DNA of 63,817 nucleotides, filler included, from Stramenopiles sp. TOSAG23-2 (Eukaryota), in NCBI GenBank assembly GCA_900128395.1. It is 32 parts of 32 records of this genome, joined end to end, with 100 filler letters (N's around TTAATTAATTAA, not from the genome) between each part and the next. Parts side by side here need not be neighbours in the genome. Positions count along the whole stretch, not along the records: positions 59,951 to 61,834 come from LT652246.1; positions 61,935 to 63,817 come from LT652247.1; 30 more parts are not named here. One strand, written 5' to 3'. Below the pieces are notes generated by a model. It was not told the DNA's origin, made no database searches, and saw only the letters and a list, made by a program, of their open reading frames with translations. The translations under genes were made by a program, and so were the position numbers. Shown in pieces: positions 61,040-63,817 of the stretch. Position 1 is the first letter of the stretch. Each line of letters begins with the position of its first letter.

Positions 61040-61360
61040 TGTATATTTTCAATGATTCTTAGAATTATACAATGACAGAGCTAATAAAGATTGGAAAAAT
61101 ATATCAGAAGCTATAAACGCTTGTGATGGATGTAATAAAACTACACATCAAGTATATGATCATATGATCATTATGCCTATATCTGTAATCTGTATAAAAG
61201 AAAGAAAAAAATAAATTATCCAATTAATAATTTCAATTCATTGAAAAAAAAAGAAAGGTACAAGCTATGGATGAAAGAAGAAGAAGCAAAATTTCAATGA
61301 TGTCTTAAAGCAGTGGTAGACAAGTTTATGAAATCAAAAAAAGTCAACAGAAAATAATGA
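61040..61360 (+). pseudogene. Degenerate Myb/SANT-domain sequence
   Basis: KDWKNISEAI..NKTTHQVYDH and LWMKEEEAKFQ-stop-CL occur in broken frames. Confidence 0.3.
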
Positions 61361-62017
61361 ATAATAATAGTGAGGGTAGTTCTGGTAGGGATACTATACA
61401 AAGGTATTGTATATGATCGTGATATATTAATGAATATGGTTAACTCAACAAGTAGCATTCCAGCAGAAGCTGGAATGACAAAAAAGGTTGATGGTGAAAT
61501 CAAAGCAACGAGTAGCGGTCCAGCGAAAGCTGGAACAACAAAAGTGATTGATGGTGGAATCAAAGCAACAAGTAGCGGTCCAGCGAAATAGTATAACTAT
61601 TTTCATGTTTCGATGAGGGTTCTATATTTACTATAGACATATGCACATATCATAATTTAGTCGGAACACACGACGCTCAGAAAATCATAATTTATTATAC
61701 TTAAAGTGGCAATTAGAATACCAAAATTACTACCTTTTCACAAATTTATACCACAATATATATATCATTACTAAAACAAAAAAGAAAGAATTAAAAAAGA
61801 TATAGATCGACAGACAGATAGATAGATAGATAGANNNNNNNNNNNNNNNNNNNNNNNNNNNNNNNNNNNNNNNNNNNNTTAATTAATTAANNNNNNNNNN
61901 NNNNNNNNNNNNNNNNNNNNNNNNNNNNNNNNNNACCAAAAAATCACCAGAATATTAAAAAATTATCAGAAATATCACCAAAATACAATATGTCAATTTT
62001 TTCTATCTAAATCTTCT

Positions 62018-62642
62018 ACAAATTAATTCGAAATAAGACACATCTCTCAACACATGTCTAAAGGAAAGAAGTGCATGAATATTTTGATCTAATTATGTTT
62101 TAAATGAAACTGACAAGGTAATGAATTTTTTTCAAAATGGTGATTTTTTTAAAAATTAGTATCGACATAGGCTTGACTAAAAATGAAAAATTTGAAAATT
62201 GCAAAAGGTATTTTTTTGGAAATATACATACATATATTTATCAAAATAAGTATCCACGATCAATTTTGATATACTTGGTAATAAATACACGAGGTACATT
62301 AATATTTGTATATCAACTTCACATTTGAAAACAAATTAATTCGAAATAAGACACATCTCTCAACACATGTCTAAAGGAAAGAAGTGCATGAATATTTTGA
62401 TCTAATTATGTTTTAAATGAAACTGACAAGGGAACGAATTTTTTTCAAAATGGTGATTTTTTTTCAAATTAGCATGGACATAGGCTTGACTAAAAATGAA
62501 AAATTTGAAAATTGCAAAAGGTAGTTTATTGTATATACATATACATAACATTAGTAAAGTAAGTACCCACGATCAATTTTGATGTGCTTGGTAACAAATG
62601 TACGAGATACATCAATATTTTTGTATCTACTTCACATTTGAA
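62018..62642. repeat. Diverged tandem duplication, about 313-bp unit x2
   Basis: Units start at 62018 and 62331; they are identical at the start and carry many substitutions later. Confidence 0.85.
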
Positions 62643-63537
62643 TATCCGTTAAAAGTTGAAAAAAACGCGTAACCCTATAGCTGTAACACTACTTGATAGG
62701 TACTTTTCACTTGTAGTGTCGGCTCTGTCTTACACTTGTTAGTACAAAATTATTATACTGAATTCTTGATAGGTTTCAATATTCCAAAAATGATATTTAC
62801 AATTTATGTAAAAAAGTGAATTTCCATCTAAAATATGACATTTTGTATGATTTCATATTAATGGTATTTATATGTAATTTTAAGAAAAGGATGAAATTGT
62901 TAAAATGACGAGTAATTTTTACATGTATTTTGTGTTTTAAAAAATGGATATTTTTATAATTTAATGATTAAAAATGGATATTTTCATAATTTAATGATTT
63001 CTATGAATTTTATACTTTATTTTAATCATTTCTGTAAATTAATAATTTATTTAAGTACAGATTTTAATGTATAAATTTGATGCCACAAATTCTGCTATCC
63101 CTAATTTCTGAAAACGTGAAATGTCAAAATTATTTTGCCAATTGATAGGAAAAATGGTATACTAGTGGAGCCTAAGTTTAAAAAGGTATTTTCAATGTTT
63201 TTCCTTTGTTTTCATGTAATGAAATGAAAAATCCATCATCAAAACAATGAAATATAAGAATTTTGGTTGAAAATGTTAAAAATGATAAAATTTGATGGAA
63301 AATTTGCGAGTTGTAATGGTATTGCAGTGTATCCCAAAAAACTTATACTTAACGTTATAAACCAACAAACAAACAGTTGCTGTGAATAAGAATAAATATA
63401 TTTGAAGGAAGATGTAAGAGATATATATACCAAAAACATAATTTAAGAGATACATTAGAAGGCAAAGTATACAAGAACTGGAATAGAGGATATATATAAA
63501 TATACATATACTTGATAGAAGAGACGATAGATAAAAG

Positions 63538-63817
63538 ATGAAGATGTTTAATTGGAATCGTAATAATAATATGAATAATAACATTCTAATTGTTGTTTTT
63601 TTGATATTAAATATCTTTATACATGGTACTATAGAAATACATGCAATTGAGAATGAAGGTTGTTCATGGAAAGATCCAGAAACTGGTAAAGTATATGATA
63701 TAAGCTCGTTGACAAATACAAATGTTGGTGAAGAATACATGTTTACCAGTGGTGAATTTATTTACAAAGCAAATATATGTGGTCGTGTAACTAGTAAATG
63801 TAACGCAGACATTCCAC
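63538..63817 (+). CDS. Mannose-6-phosphate-receptor-homology (MRH; CIMR/ATG27-like) protein; 3' partial, absent from the ORF track
   Basis: Signal peptide, then CSWKDPETGKVYDISSL..YKANICGRVTSKC. Confidence 0.7.
   Translation, partial: MKMFNWNRNNNMNNNILIVVFLILNIFIHGTIEIHAIENEGCSWKDPETGKVYDISSLTNTNVGEEYMFTSGEFIYKANICGRVTSKCNADIP

Overview
This window is not one contiguous locus. It is 32 short scaffolds (about 1.88-1.91 kb, in decreasing length order) joined by artificial N44-TTAATTAATTAA-N44 spacers, so neighbourhood inferences hold only within a scaffold. The DNA is AT-rich, microsatellite-rich and intron-poor, and it carries eukaryotic genes (RPL28, RBBP5/Swd1-like, GRIP golgin, PARL-type rhomboid, PMCA fragment, F-box and ankyrin proteins). 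A protist, possibly a heterotrophic stramenopile, is inferred but not shown. The main discovery is at 589-1317 (-): one 242-codon frame fuses an O6-alkylguanine-DNA alkyltransferase (MGMT) domain to a DUF3253-like domain. It has two in-frame TGA codons, each at a conserved cysteine position (P-U-H-R-V and T-C-U-P-S-E), and a SECIS-like hairpin lies in its 3' UTR, making it a candidate two-selenocysteine DNA-repair selenoprotein. Other highlights are a tail-to-tail pair of phage/virus-type DNA amino-methyltransferases sharing an N-terminal module, three tandem hairpins with compensatory changes, bacterial-type enzymes ending in peroxisomal PTS1 signals, an IPT/TIG-thioredoxin fusion, and an ABCB transporter with an inserted zinc finger. 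Many exact 100-160 bp tandem duplications look like assembly artefacts. All family assignments come from motif recognition by eye; no searches were run.
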